Below, in pieces: positions 28,588-41,106 of a stretch of DNA of 64,000 bases (position 1 is the stretch's first letter; each line of letters starts with the position of its first letter). The notes beneath the pieces are model-generated. The model did no database searches. It worked only from the letters and a program-made list of their open reading frames with translations, and was not told where the DNA came from. This stretch comes from Dictyostelium discoideum. Taxonomy: Eukaryota. A program made the position numbers and the translations under genes. Location: positions 1,600,001-1,664,000 of the forward strand of contig CM000150.2 of the NCBI GenBank assembly GCA_000004695.1, read 5' to 3'.

Positions 28588-30080
28588 GCCAAGTGAAAAA
28601 ACATTTTGCTCATAAAAAAAAAAAAAAAAAGAAAACGCTTCAAGTATTATAATTTTTTAATTTTTCTTTTCCTTTTTCTTTATTTTTTTTTTTACATAGT
28701 TTTTTTTATTGTTTTTTTTATTGCTTTTTTTTTTTTTATTTTTTATTTTTTTTTTTTTTTTTTTTTTTTGTACAATGGAATACATCCAATAAAAAATAAA
28801 AATAAAAAATTAATTAAAAAATCTTTTATATTAATTGAATTGATTGAAAATAATATCCAATTGAATAAAATTGATTATAATAATTTCTAAGTTATCAAGT
28901 GCATGAAATGATAGCGATATTTTTTTGGAACGAACAATTTCGGTGATTGGTTTTTGTGGGCCACAAAAAAAAAAAAAATGAAAATAAAAAAAAAAATAAT
29001 AAAAAAAAAAAATAAAAAAAAAAATGAAAAAAAAAGTGAATAAAAAAAAAAAAGTGTGAAAAAAAAAAAAAAAAAATTAATTAAAAATAAATTAAATTTT
29101 TAAATGAATTAATTTTTCCCTAATTAATATACAACATACGCATATTCATAGATCCCACTAAAAATACACTCATTCAACCAAAAATTATTTTAAAAATGTT
29201 TAAACAAGGGTTAAACCTGCAAATTTTCTTGGATTCATAAAAAAATTTTTTTTTTAAAATTAATTAATTGGATTTTAATTTTTTTTTTTTAAGCACGCCG
29301 TGGCCTAAAAATATCAACAAATTTTTGTCTGCACACAAAGTTGTCAGGTTGGCAACAGAATTAATATTTTTTTTCAATTTTTTTTTTTTTTTAAATTTAT
29401 TTTTTTTACGGTAAATCACACAGGCACAAGGCTATCAGTGCCCTTAGGATTTTATAAAAGAAAATTTTTTTTTTGGTTTGGTTTTATTTTTTTTATTTTT
29501 ACTCATTGTGGTTACAACTTTTATTTAAACATTTTTTTTTTTTATTTTTTTTTTTATTTATATTTTTATCAAACCGTATATACATAGACACACACACACA
29601 AAAAAACACACTAAATTATTTATATTGGTTTACAAAAAAAAAAAAAAAGGAAAAAAAAATAAAAAGTATAAAATAACTATAAATAGAATTTTTAACCCCT
29701 TGTTGATTTTTTTTTTTTTTTTTTTTTTCACACACTTAATTATCCGATTTATTAAGAATCTATTGGAATCTGTTCAAAATAGTGAATTATTGGTCTAAAT
29801 TTATACACTTTTTTACACTCACAACCAACAATCAACATCAGTTTGTTTTTTTTTTTTTTTTCTTTTTTTTTCTCAATGCCCCAAAAACTCTTTTTAAAAC
29901 AAAATTTTTAATAATTTTTTTTTTCACAAAAAAAAAAAAAAAAAAAAAAAACAAATTAATTAATTAACCAAAAAAAAAAAAAAAAATAGTTTTTAAATAT
30001 TATATAGATAAATAAAATAAAATTTTTTTTCTCAAGATAAGAATTGACAAGATTTAAAATTCACAAATTTTTAAAAAAAA

Positions 30081-30124
30081 AAAAAAAAAAATGGATGTAA
30101 GTTGATTTTTTTTTTTTTTCACAC

Positions 30125-30158
<34 letters not shown>

Positions 30159-32148
30159 GTAATAAAATTACATTTTGATTATTAATTTAATTATTTTTAA
30201 TTTTTAATTTTTATTTTGAATTTTATTTTTTAATTTTTAATTTTTAATTTTTTAAAAATAGAATAAAAATCGAAGTAATTCTGGAAATAATGGAAATATA
30301 AATAAATCATCACCAAGGTTGGAAAGCCAGTCTGATGGTTCAAATCAAAATATAAGTAAAATAAAATTAAATGATATAGAATATATTGATGATCAAAGTA
30401 GTAGTTCAACAATAGATAGAGAAAATGATGAAATAATAATAAGTCCGAGTATTGATAGTTTGGATAATATAAATATAAATGAAAATAATAATAATAATAT
30501 AAATAATATAAATAATATAAATAATATAAATAATAATAATAAAAGTGAGATAATGATATCGTCACCAAATGAAAATAATGATAATGATAGTGATAATAAT
30601 AATAATAATAATAATTCAAAATATTCAAGTGATAGTAGTAATAATAATAATAATGAATTTGATGAAAAAACTAAAAAAGGATTTGAAGATGAAGATGATT
30701 ATGAAGATGAAGAAGAACCACAAAATAAAAAAGTTGAAATGTCAGAATTTTCAGTTGAAAAATCAAAGATGGAAGCAGCAAAGATTGCAAAGAAAGAAAT
30801 GGATGCAAGAAGAAAGAAATTACCATTTTTTACACATGCATTAGAGATATTAATAGATTATGGTCAAACATTGATTATTGCATTGATTGGTACAATTTTA
30901 TGTATATTGGCAGCGACAGCATATGCACATCCAGATTGGATTCATCGTAATAGTGGTACTGTTGATTATTTTTCATCTGAAAGTTATGCAATTTTAGTTT
31001 CAACATTTTTTTCATCAGGTTTAGCAGTTTTTACATTGGTACAATTTTTAGCAGTTTATGGTATGAAAAGAATGATTGAAACTCATTTCTATGGTTGGGT
31101 GATTGGAGCGATTGCATTGTTTATGATTGTGCCATGGGCATTTGAATTGGGAGGACATGCATGGTGGTTTTGGTTGGGTGATGTTATACTGTTGATTGTT
31201 GGCTATACATCATTATGTTTTGTTATGGGTTATGTTGGTAAACCATATCAAACACCAAAAGAAAGACGTTGGAATGGTATTAAATTTCTTGGTACTGAAG
31301 TTTGGGTATCTGCCACAGCTTTGATCTATGGTATGTTTTTAATTCAACTTTATGGTAACTTTTCAAATTATGGTAGAATGGCATGGCGTCTTTTGGTGCA
31401 TCCAGTTTATTTTGAATTTTTAATGATGGTACCAGTGCGTATGCTTGTAACCAATCAAATGGAAGTACATGGTGTTTCAATTATGAGTAGTCTTGCCATC
31501 ACCCATGCACTTAGTCACGTTGCAACACTTGGTAAAATTATGTTGTCAACAATCAATCAAACCGAGTTAACAATCATTTCAGTTCTTTTGTTAAACCTTG
31601 GTAAATTGGTTTTCCGTTCAACAGTTCAATTGAGAGATGATGCAATTAATAGGCTTGGTTTTCGTTTATTTGGTATCAAAGTAACTCATAAAGAATCAAA
31701 AGGTTTCGTTAGAGCTGTCAATATTTACACTGAAATGATCATGGAGAATGCTTCAATTCCTGCATCAGCTTATACATTATGGGCATTTTATAAATTTAGA
31801 GGTATTTTCTTTTTACCTTATCCTGATGGTGGTGAATTCACTTTGGGTGAAGCTACAGTAAATGTCGTCATTCAATTATCTTTTGGCTTGGTTTTTGATG
31901 CTTTAACTCTATTTATTAATGAAAGATATTTTAATTATCCTTTAGAAAGAGCTTGGAAAAAAATGAAAGAAAATTGGTTATCTTTCTTTGGTTTCTTATT
32001 ATATGGTCTTGTTACAATGGGTATGATTGGTAGTATGTATTATTATTATTTTAATTATTTATTTATATATATATTTTATTTATTTAAAAATTATTTATTA
32101 ATTAAACTTTTTTTTTATTTATTTTTTAAAAAATTAATCAATTATTAA
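30081..32148 (+). CDS. Multi-pass membrane protein of unknown family with an N-terminal Asn/Ser-rich low-complexity region. Proposed exons are 30081..30086, 30262..32148 or shorter, and probably a terminal exon at 32159..32271.
   Basis: An ATGGAT micro-exon is followed by a GTAAGT donor at 30087, a 175-bp intron and an AAATAG acceptor at 30260-30261 (phase 0), in frame with the track ORF. The product has at least 10 hydrophobic helices (LIIALIGTILCILAATAYA, VIGAIALFMIVPWAF, ILLIVGYTSLCFVMGYV and others). The track ORF ends in AT-rich sequence. A GTATGA or GTAGTA donor near 32021/32030 and a poly(A)-AG acceptor at 32157-32158 would add the GC-richer in-frame exon V-LYMVTRVPRFVTCSSYDVCSCKFVNDCNAFINDNLS*. 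Confidence 0.5.
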
Positions 32149-32773
32149 AAAAAAAAAGTACTTTATATGGTTACTAGAGTACCTAGATTCGTGACATGTT
32201 CTTCTTATGATGTTTGTTCTTGTAAATTTGTTAATGATTGCAATGCCTTCATAAACGATAATTTATCATAGTAAATAAAATAAATTAAAACATATAATTG
32301 TACAAAGCAAATTCCTATTTTTTCGTTTATTTAAAAATAAAACCAAAATATAAATTTTATTTTGGTTAATTTTTTTTTTTTTTTTTTTTTTCTAATCAAA
32401 TAAATAAAAGATTAATTATAAATAATTTTTTATATGTGTTCAAATTTTATTTTTGTATTGGCAAAACTTATTAAAATAACTCGGAACATTGTCCCACTTA
32501 GTTCAAAGGTTTTCTGTAATCAATAATGGCAATGGCACAGTGAGTGAAAGTTTCAAGCTTTCTTCAAACAAAATTACCCTTTCAATTTTTTGTATTTATA
32601 GTAAATTCCCAGCCATTTTATTGTTTAATTAATGTTTTTTTAAAAATGTATACAATATTTAGTTATGATTCCAATTATTATATTAAGTTTCTTATATGCG
32701 ACCAAAAATGTTTTTTCACCAAAAAAAATTTAAAAATGCATTGGAGCAAAATTAACAAAATTTCATAATAAGT

Positions 32774-32846
32774 GCCTGGATGGCTCAGTAGGCAGAGCGA
32801 GCGGCTGTTAACCGCTAGGTCCATGGTTCGATCCCATGTCTAGGCG
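32774..32846 (+). tRNA. tRNA-Asn (anticodon GUU), 73 nt
   Basis: Manual folding gives acceptor GCCTGGA/TCTAGGC, D-arm GCTC-AGTAGGCA-GAGC, anticodon stem AGCGG/CCGCT with loop CTGTTAA (anticodon GTT), variable loop AGGTC, and T-arm CATGG-TTCGATC-CCATG. The discriminator is G. Confidence 0.8.
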
Positions 32847-32876
32847 ATAATTTTCCACCACAATTACACGGTTTAA

Positions 32877-32887
32877 GGGTTCGATTC
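32877..32887 (+). promoter_or_regulatory. External B box (GGGTTCGATTC) about 31 bp downstream of tRNA-Asn
   Basis: It matches the internal B-box consensus GGTTCGANTCC, and its position fits the Dictyostelium exB arrangement. Confidence 0.6.
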
Positions 32888-32992
32888 TGACCAAAATGAA
32901 ACGGAGGTATTGAAAAAAAAATAAAATTAAAAAAAAAATAAACCTTCATCTATAACTAAGGTATCCCCCAATAATATATATTAAAGTAATAT

Positions 32993-33120
32993 GATATATA
33001 ATATAGTTTAAAAAATTTAATACAATTGAATAATAAAAATAAAACCGTTTAACAAACACCGCCGAAAAGACACAAGTACATTCCTTGAAGGTCTGATCAC
33101 AGGTAAAAAAAAAAAAAAAA
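32993..33120 (+). mobile_element. 5'-truncated solo 3' end (C-module + poly(A)) of a TRE3-type retrotransposon, flanked by a 17-bp target-site duplication (atatattaaagtaatat at 32976..32992 and 33120..33136)
   Basis: About 110 nt (...atataatatagtttaaaaaatttaatacaattgaataataaaaataaaaccgtttaacaaacaccgccgaaaagacacaagTacattccttgaaggtctgatcacaggt-A16) match the 3' end of the full-length element at 10879..11000 with a single mismatch. It lies about 137 bp downstream of tRNA-Asn and about 95 bp past its exB. Confidence 0.75.
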
Positions 33121-33310
33121 TATATTAAAGTAATATAAAAAAAATCTATATTATCCAACTTTCTTTATAGTTTCTTAACATTTTAAACATGCACCAAAAT
33201 ATCTTTTTTTTTATTTTAAACTTTTTTTTTTTTTTAGATTTTTAATTTTTAATTTTTTTTATTTTTTATTTTTTTATTTTAAACTTTTTTTTTTACCCAA
33301 CACCCTTGTA

Positions 33311-34303
33311 ATGGATAATAATAATAACAATATTATTAATAATAATAATAATAATAACGAAAAAAATGAAATATTATTTTGGAAAGTTTATAGAAATGTT
33401 TATTTAAATAAACAAATTTTTACTCAATTGGAGAATGACTCAATTGAATATCAAAACCCAAAAAAGTATTATATTGATAATAGAATAAAGTTTAAAAATG
33501 TAAATTCATTAGAAAGTATGGTATATAAAAGGCAATTTAATCTTTTAGAATATAAGTTAAGAAATAATGAATATATCAACCTTAAACATGGAATTAGAGC
33601 ATTTGTTGATTTTATTTATGACGATTTTAATGAAAGAATAGAATTATTTAAATTATTTTTAGAGAAATATTTAGTAGCTGTCCAAGATTATGGAAAAATT
33701 GTAAGTGATGCAATTGATCTTAAAAGATACCAAGTTTTAAAAATATTATTAAATGAACCATACTGTTTTAAAATTGATAAAAGTTGTTATCGAAAAATTT
33801 TAGTTGACTATAAAGGTAGTCATCATCATCATAAAAATGAGGATTTAATTATACAATTAGTTAATAAACACACTACAGATCAAGTTAAATTAATGGCAAT
33901 CGATCAATATGATTCAATGTATCGTAAAACTGGCAGTAAAATTCTAATTAAAATTAAAATGGAAATTTTAATTTTAATTAGAATTTTAAATGTCGCTTTA
34001 AATCTTCCACCCTCGGATAAATATAATACTCGTTATTATTATTCTTATAGTATCTTAAGTACTTTTAAAACCTTGGATACAAGAATTCACAATAATTCAA
34101 ATCATACCAATTTTAATCATCATTTACAATTAATAAATTTAAAAGATAAATTATTGAATTTAAATTTCTATAAAAATGATTATAATGACACTTTTAGTTA
34201 TTATTGGTTAAATCAACTTTCAAACTTTAAAGGTTATAATAAATTATTAATACCTTTAATTTTATTACATTTTAAAATTTATTTTATTTATAAAAATATT
34301 AAA

Positions 34304-34352
<49 letters not shown>

Positions 34353-35778
34353 TTTTACCAGAAAACATTGAAAATGAAATTAAAGAAATTTTAGGTGAAG
34401 ATTATTTAATAGATTATGAATTTAAAGAAAAACAATTATTAAGGTTATTAATAATTGAAAGTCAATCAAAATCATTATATAGATTTTATTATGAAAGATA
34501 TAGTCAAACTATTGAACAAAACTTGATTACAAAATTTAAAGTACCAATTTATGAATCATCTAATGTTTTTGATGATTTACAAATATTGGCTAAACTTGGA
34601 TTTAATGAAAATCTCAATAGAATAATTCAATGTATAAATGATTTTATTAATGATCATAATGTTAGAATTTGTAAAAACTTTCATAAATATTTTGAAATAA
34701 TAAGATTTATTAGAAATTATATATTTAATAATTTTAATTGTAATGAAAATTATAGTAAATTAATTGAAGTAATGTCAATTAATGGTGTGGGATTAACAAT
34801 ACTTTATTTACCAAGTAAATGGAATTCTTATTTAAAATATTTTACTCTTGAACAATTTAAAAATGATAAAGTTTTAATTTCAGATAAACAAGTTATAAAA
34901 TGGTTAAAATCAATTGAAAAAAAAAAGAATAAAATGTTTTCATCAGTTTTATCAGAATATTATAAAAAAAGAAGAAATAATTTAATAGAGTTTAGTTGTA
35001 ATGAAATTGCTCAATATGCAATCAAAAAATTAGAGATTGGTAATTTTTCAAATAAATTCCCACCAATTAAATTTGATATTATCAAATGGTCAACCATTGA
35101 AAATCAAAATCCAATTTCAAATATTATTAATGAACTTTCTTTTCAAAATTACAACATTTTAATTGAATCTGATCAAGATAATAATAATATTGATATTGAT
35201 ATTGTTAAAAATAAAAAGAAAACAAATTTTATTATTCAATTAAATTATAACCTTTATAAATTAATTAATAATGATAATTATTCAGAAATTCGTAAATTTT
35301 TAATTCAAAATTTAATTAAAAGAATTTTAAAAATTAATGGTGGTAATGCTTTAAATCAAATATTTAAAACTACAAGTTTTAAAGATACTTTACAAAATTA
35401 TCCATTCACATTTTTTGAAACATTTATAAACTCTTTTAATAACTTTGAAATTGAAAATGTTATAATGTTTTTAAATAGTGGAATTGATTTCATAAAATAT
35501 CAATATGATTTTCAACTAGTTTGGAATAAAAAAGTCGATCAAGTTATAGACATTTACAAAAAAAAATATTCATTTGGTTTTAATTACACAAATATAATAA
35601 ATAATATTAAAAGTGAAGTGGTTTTAAATTTTATTAACTATTGGTTAACTCAAGATAAAATTCCATTCAATTCTGAAATTAATAAATTAATAGTAAATCA
35701 TTTATTTAAAAAGTTAATTCAAACTCAAGGTATTACAATTTATCAAGTTTCAAAAATTAGAAATTTAATATTAAATTT

Positions 35779-35816
<38 letters not shown>

Positions 35817-36454
35817 TACCAAATAATAATGATAAAATAATATTTTTAGAAGAAACAAATTTTCATACTTTTTTTTATCTTTATAATAAGACACCAAAGA
35901 TTTCACATTATATAGAGAGTACAGAGTATTCAATTTTTAATTTAAATTCAAATTCAGATGCAAGTTTATTTGATTTTCAATTTATTTATAAGGAATCATT
36001 TGAAAGATTAATTGAAATTTTAATGGAAAAGGATAATGGTAATGAGCCTACCAATAAAAAGGTAAATAATCAACTATTATACTTTTTAGTGATAAGAAGA
36101 ATTGATTTGTTTTTTAATCACCTTCAAACTATTAGAAAATTGGGATTGAATTTTAGATTTAGTAAATATTCAGAATTGATAAAAATTATTCAACATCAAC
36201 AATTTAGTGGAAATTCAAATGATTCTTTAAAAACTTTTATTAATGAATATAGATTAACAAATTCTAATATCACTGAACAATCAATTGCATCACAACTCTT
36301 AATTGAATCAGTAAAATTAAATAGTAAAGAAGAAATTATTAATTTCATTATTGAAAACTATCAACCAGAAAAAATAACTCTTCCATCTTCAACCATTGAT
36401 AATCCTTTAGTTCAAAAAATTTTAAAAAATTATCCAAATTTGTTGAAGTTTTAA
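33311..36454 (+). CDS. Large Asn/Ile-rich hypothetical protein (1047 aa), no recognisable domain
   Basis: Uninterrupted ORF with a real ATG. It contains poly-Asn, poly-Ser and His runs typical of Dictyostelium low-complexity proteins. Confidence 0.55.
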
Positions 36455-36629
36455 AAGTGATCAATTCTAAAAATAAATGTGGTAAAAATGGAAAAGTAAA
36501 ACTATGAAAAAATAAAAAATAAAAAATAAAAATAAAAATAAAAATAGAAATAAAAATAAAAAAATAAAGATATTGATAAAAAACATTCAAATGTGAATAA
36601 TAAAAAGGTATATTTAATTAAAACTGTGC

Positions 36630-36667
<38 letters not shown>

Positions 36668-36807
36668 GAATGGTTACTTTCATTTTTTTTATATCTTATA
36701 TCATTTTGTATTTTCGAATATATACTATATTAATATTAAAAATAAATAAAATTTAATAATTGTTAAAAAAAAAAGAAAAAGAAAATGAAAAAAAAAAAAA
36801 AAAATTT

Positions 36808-36844
<37 letters not shown>

Positions 36845-37374
36845 CAAAGTCAACACCAAAATTTGCCCTAAAAATAAAAAAAAAAAAAGGGCTTTTTTTT
36901 TGTTATGTTACCTTCTTGTAAAAAAAAAGAAAAAATAAGAAAAAAAAAAATAAAGAAAAAAAAAAAAATTGACACTTCATTTTTTTGGAATTAAAGTATT
37001 AAAAAAAAAAAAAAAAAAAAAAGATCAATGTGTGTTAAATATATGAAAAAAAAAAAAAAATTTCACCCATAATAACAATAATAATACTATCACACTTTCA
37101 CAAACACACACACACTTAAAACATTTATAAATTTTCATTTTTTTTTATTTTTTTATTTATTTTTATAGTATTCTCTTTTAAAAAAAAAACAATAACATAT
37201 TATTATTTGAATATTTTTCAAATTTAAAATTATTTATTTAAAACAACACAACAGAAACAATTCATATATATAATTATATTAGATACAAATAGATATAGAT
37301 ATAATAAATAAATAAATAAATATATATAAATATATATATTTATAAATATATATTTGTAAATATATAAATATAAA

Positions 37375-37504
37375 ATGAAATGTATATCAAATATAACATC
37401 AAGTAGCAGAAAACAAAAATTTTTAATTTTATTTATCCTTGTTGCAAGTTCTATATTGTTGATGTTTTATGATGAATTTAGTTTTATAACAGTATTTAAT
37501 AAAG

Positions 37505-37535
<31 letters not shown>

Positions 37536-39913
37536 CTATAGAACAAATCAATTTAAAGATAACGATAATATTTTTTACACTAATCGAATTTTAGAAGAAA
37601 CTAGGAATTCAGATGTTGTCATTTTTCTATGGGATCCATCATCAGAACGCGATGATTGGACAGGAATTTTAAAATCTAATAATTTAGTAACACAACAACA
37701 AATTGATGATTATAATAATAAAAAATCTTTATTTACTTCAACAACATCAACAACTTCTCATCCTTATACTAGTAGTAGAAGTAGTACTAGTACTAGTAGT
37801 AGAAGTAGTACTAGTACTAGTAGTAGAAGTAGTACTAGTGGAGGTAGAAGTAGTAGTGGAGGTAGTAGTACTAGTAGTGGAGGTAGTAGTACTAGTAGTG
37901 GAAGTAGTAGTACAACTAGTAGTAGAGGTAGTAGTACCACTAGTAGAAGTAGTAGTACTACTGGTATTAGAGGTGGTAGTAGTACAACTCAACAAACTGA
38001 AGTGGAAGCAGCAGCAGCAGTATCAGGTCAATTATCAATAGATTTTAATCAAAAATCACTATCAATAAAATTAAATGAAGTATTTAATGAAAAGAATAAA
38101 TGTTCATGTTCATGTAGATTTACAAATCTTCAAGAAGAGATTGTTGAGTCACATTTAATTTTATTTGATCCAGTTTATTTACATAAAGATAATTGGAAGA
38201 GATCACCATTAAAGTTACCAGAGAAACATTCACATCAAAAGTTTGGTTTATTTCATTATAACTCAAAGAGTCAATATTCAATACTCTCTAATAAACCATA
38301 TAATAACTTGATGGATATTGATATCTCTTACCTAAATAGTGATCATAATCTTGATATCACTTTAGCATGTCCACCCAATTCATCTTTTACCCTTGACGAC
38401 ACTTCAAAATTATTATTAAAAAAACACAAAGATTGGGATAAACGTAATAATTCTGCAATTTTCATTTCTTCAAATTGCGTAGATGGTTTATCATTATCAA
38501 GAACTGTATGTTTTTTTAAAAAAAAACAAATAATAACAATATAATAATATTAATTTATTTTTTTTTTTTTTTTATGTGATTTTTTAGAATTTAGTAAAAG
38601 AATTATCAAAAATTATTAAAATTGAATCATTAGGCAATTGTTTGAATGATAATACAGTTAATATTAAAAGTAAAGAAGAATTAGGATCAATTTATTCAAG
38701 AATTGAGTATAATATGGAAATTTATAAGAAAGCGAAATTTGTAATTTGTTTTGAGAATGAAAATTCAACAAACTATGTAACAGAGAAAGTTTATACTGCT
38801 TTATATGCTGGTGCAATACCAATTTGGATGGGTGCTAAAAATATTGATCAATATGTACCAACGGGTTCGATTATCAATGGAAATGAATTTAATAATATTA
38901 ATGAAATTGGTGAACATATAAAATCAATAATAGATGGTAAAATTGATTATAAAAGATATTTCAAATGGAAAGATGATAATGATAATCAATCATTAGAGAG
39001 TAAAGTTATTGATAAATTAAAACGTTGTATTAATACAGTTGATATGAAATGTAAAATTTGTGAGACCATTTATAAATCGATTGAGCAATCTGATAGGGAT
39101 TATCTATCATCAACTGTTGCTGCAAAGAATTATCATTATGTTTCAAACAATATTGGATATTATACACCCCAATTTGTGTCAATGAAAGGATTGGGTGACC
39201 ATATCTTTGTCAATAGGAATGAAGATACTTGTAAGAATTGTTTTAATCTTGATGATCATTATACCCTAATGGCATGGGTCAAGCCATCAACATTCTCTGA
39301 TCAGAGAATTATTGATAAGAATCATGCGGGAACAATTAGTGGATACAATTTCGATATTCAAAAGACATCAGGTGGTCGTGGTGTGGCTAGACTATGTGCG
39401 GGTACAGCATGTTTTGAATCCTTCAAGAGTATACCCAACGATTTATGGTCACATGTTGCTGTGGTGTTTAGTTGTAATAATTTAGATGTTCAAAAGAATC
39501 GTGTCACTTTTTATATAAATGGTGTGTTTAATGCAGAGTTTGATAATTTTAAACCAACTAAAATTAATGACTTCCCTTTGGTAATTGGTAAATCTGGTAA
39601 AAAAACTGAATCAACAAGTTATCATGGTATGATTGATGATATAATGATCTTTAATATCTCTCTAACCTCTGATGATATCAAATATGTACTCTCTTCAAAA
39701 CCAAATCTTTCCACCTTTAAATTTGCAAATGATCTTCAACTCTTTTATGATTTCGATTATAATCCAAATAATCCAAAATCACATGATCGTAATATAGTTC
39801 GTGATAAATCAATTTATAAAAATGATGGTACCTTTGCTAGTGGTTCAAGTGATGACTATTCTGAAAAAATAACTTCAATAAGTAAAGAAATATCTTTTAA
39901 TAAAAAATTATAA
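37375..39913 (+). CDS. Type II membrane alpha-1,3-fucosyltransferase (GT10 family) with a Ser/Thr-rich stem and a C-terminal concanavalin A-like / laminin-G-like domain. Proposed exons are 37375..38505 and 38588..39913.
   Basis: N-terminal signal anchor KFLILFILVASSILLMFY, then an (SSRSSTSTS)n stem coded by (AGT)n. A GTATGT donor lies at 38506 and a TTTTAG acceptor at 38586-38587 (phase 0). The GT10 motif FVICFENENSTNYVTEKVYTALYAGAIPIWMG corresponds to the FucT motif FxxxFENSxxxxYxTEKxxxAxxxGxVPV. The C-terminal ~250 aa (DDHYTLMAWVKPSTF ... WSHVAVVF ... VTFYINGV ... FPLVIGKSG ... YHGMIDDIMIFN) has the LamG/pentraxin beta-sandwich pattern. Confidence 0.65.
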
Positions 39914-40027
39914 AAAAATAAAACTAATAATAATAATAATAATAATAATAATTAATTTTATTTTATTTTATTTATTTATTTGAGGATATGTACAATTTAT
40001 AGTTATTATTATTATTTTGTAAATTAT

Positions 40028-40576
40028 TTATATTTGTAATTTTAATTTTTCAATTATTTTTAAAGATTCATCTATGTGAGAAGTTGAACTAAGTAAACCA
40101 TCATGTATACCTGCTATAATACCATGTTTATCAATGATGAATGTTTTTCTACCAGGTAATAATATACCGTTAACACCATATAATTTAGCTAATTTACTAT
40201 GTTTATCTGTCAATAATGTGAATGGTAATGAATATTTTGAAACGAATGATTTATGACTATCTTCACCATCACTACTAACCCCGATTACTTCTGCACCGGC
40301 TTCTATAAATTTTTGATATTTATCTCTAAATTCACAACTCTCTATAAAAGTATGTAAGAATGTTGTTATTTTATTAGTATCAATGAATGTTAATGAGGTA
40401 TTGTAATAAATAAATTAAATATTACCTTTTGTGCATACTGGACTATTATCTTTTGGATAAAAGTATAAAACGATTGGTTGACTCTTATCTTTAAATTCTT
40501 TGAGTGTAACTGTTTGACCTAAATAATTTTTAGCTTCAAAATCTGGTGCAACATTTCCAACTTTTAATTTTGTCAT
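40028..40576 (-). CDS. Peroxiredoxin Q / BCP-type thiol peroxidase (atypical 2-Cys, CxxxxC). Proposed exons are 40576..40426 and 40341..40028.
   Basis: Exon 1 encodes MTKLKVGNVAPDFEAKNYLGQTVTLKEFKDKSQPIVLYFYPKDNSPVCTK. A GGTAAT donor follows at minus 40425 and a TTATAG acceptor at 40343-40342 (phase 1), leading into ESCEFRDKYQKFIEAGAEVIGVSSD... The signature YFYPKDxTPxCTxExCxFRD, with peroxidatic and resolving Cys five residues apart, is diagnostic of the BCP/PrxQ subfamily. The track shows only the last 61 aa. Confidence 0.75.
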
Positions 40577-40872
40577 TCTTTTATTGATTTTTTTATATTA
40601 TATTGATTTTTTAATTTATGAACTAAAATTATTAATTATTAATTGTATAATTATTATTTATTTGATTGATTGTTGTATATTATTAAATTTATATTTTTAA
40701 TGATTAATAAAAATAATTTATTTTTGTTTAAATATTATTTTAAAAATAAACACTGAACACTTCGAAATAATTCATTATGCAAAAGAACCTATTTATTTAA
40801 AAAATCGTCATTTTCCGACATGAAGAATCAAAAGAATGAAAAAAAATAAAATTCAAAGAAAGGGATTATATG

Positions 40873-40917
<45 letters not shown>

Positions 40918-41106
40918 AAAATGTATAAAGAATTCCAACTATCAAAAAGTGGATAAAATGAAAAAAATTAATTATTTTATAACTTTAAATTAAATCTTTG
41001 ATATAATTTTTATTTTATTTATAAATAAATAATTTATTTTTTTTTTTTTTTTTTTTTTTTTTTCTTTACATAATTTTGGATGAATTCCAATTGGGATAGT
41101 GCATAA

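Noticed and set aside
32544-32768. A 74-aa plus-strand ORF immediately upstream of tRNA-Asn
   Set aside because: It is AT-rich with low-complexity hydrophobic content, ends at the tRNA 5' flank, and has no homology or splice context. It is likely intergenic.
37703-38041. Val/Glu-rich and Thr/Ser-rich ORFs inside the fucosyltransferase stem region
   Set aside because: They are alternative frames of the (AGT)n serine-rich stem repeat.
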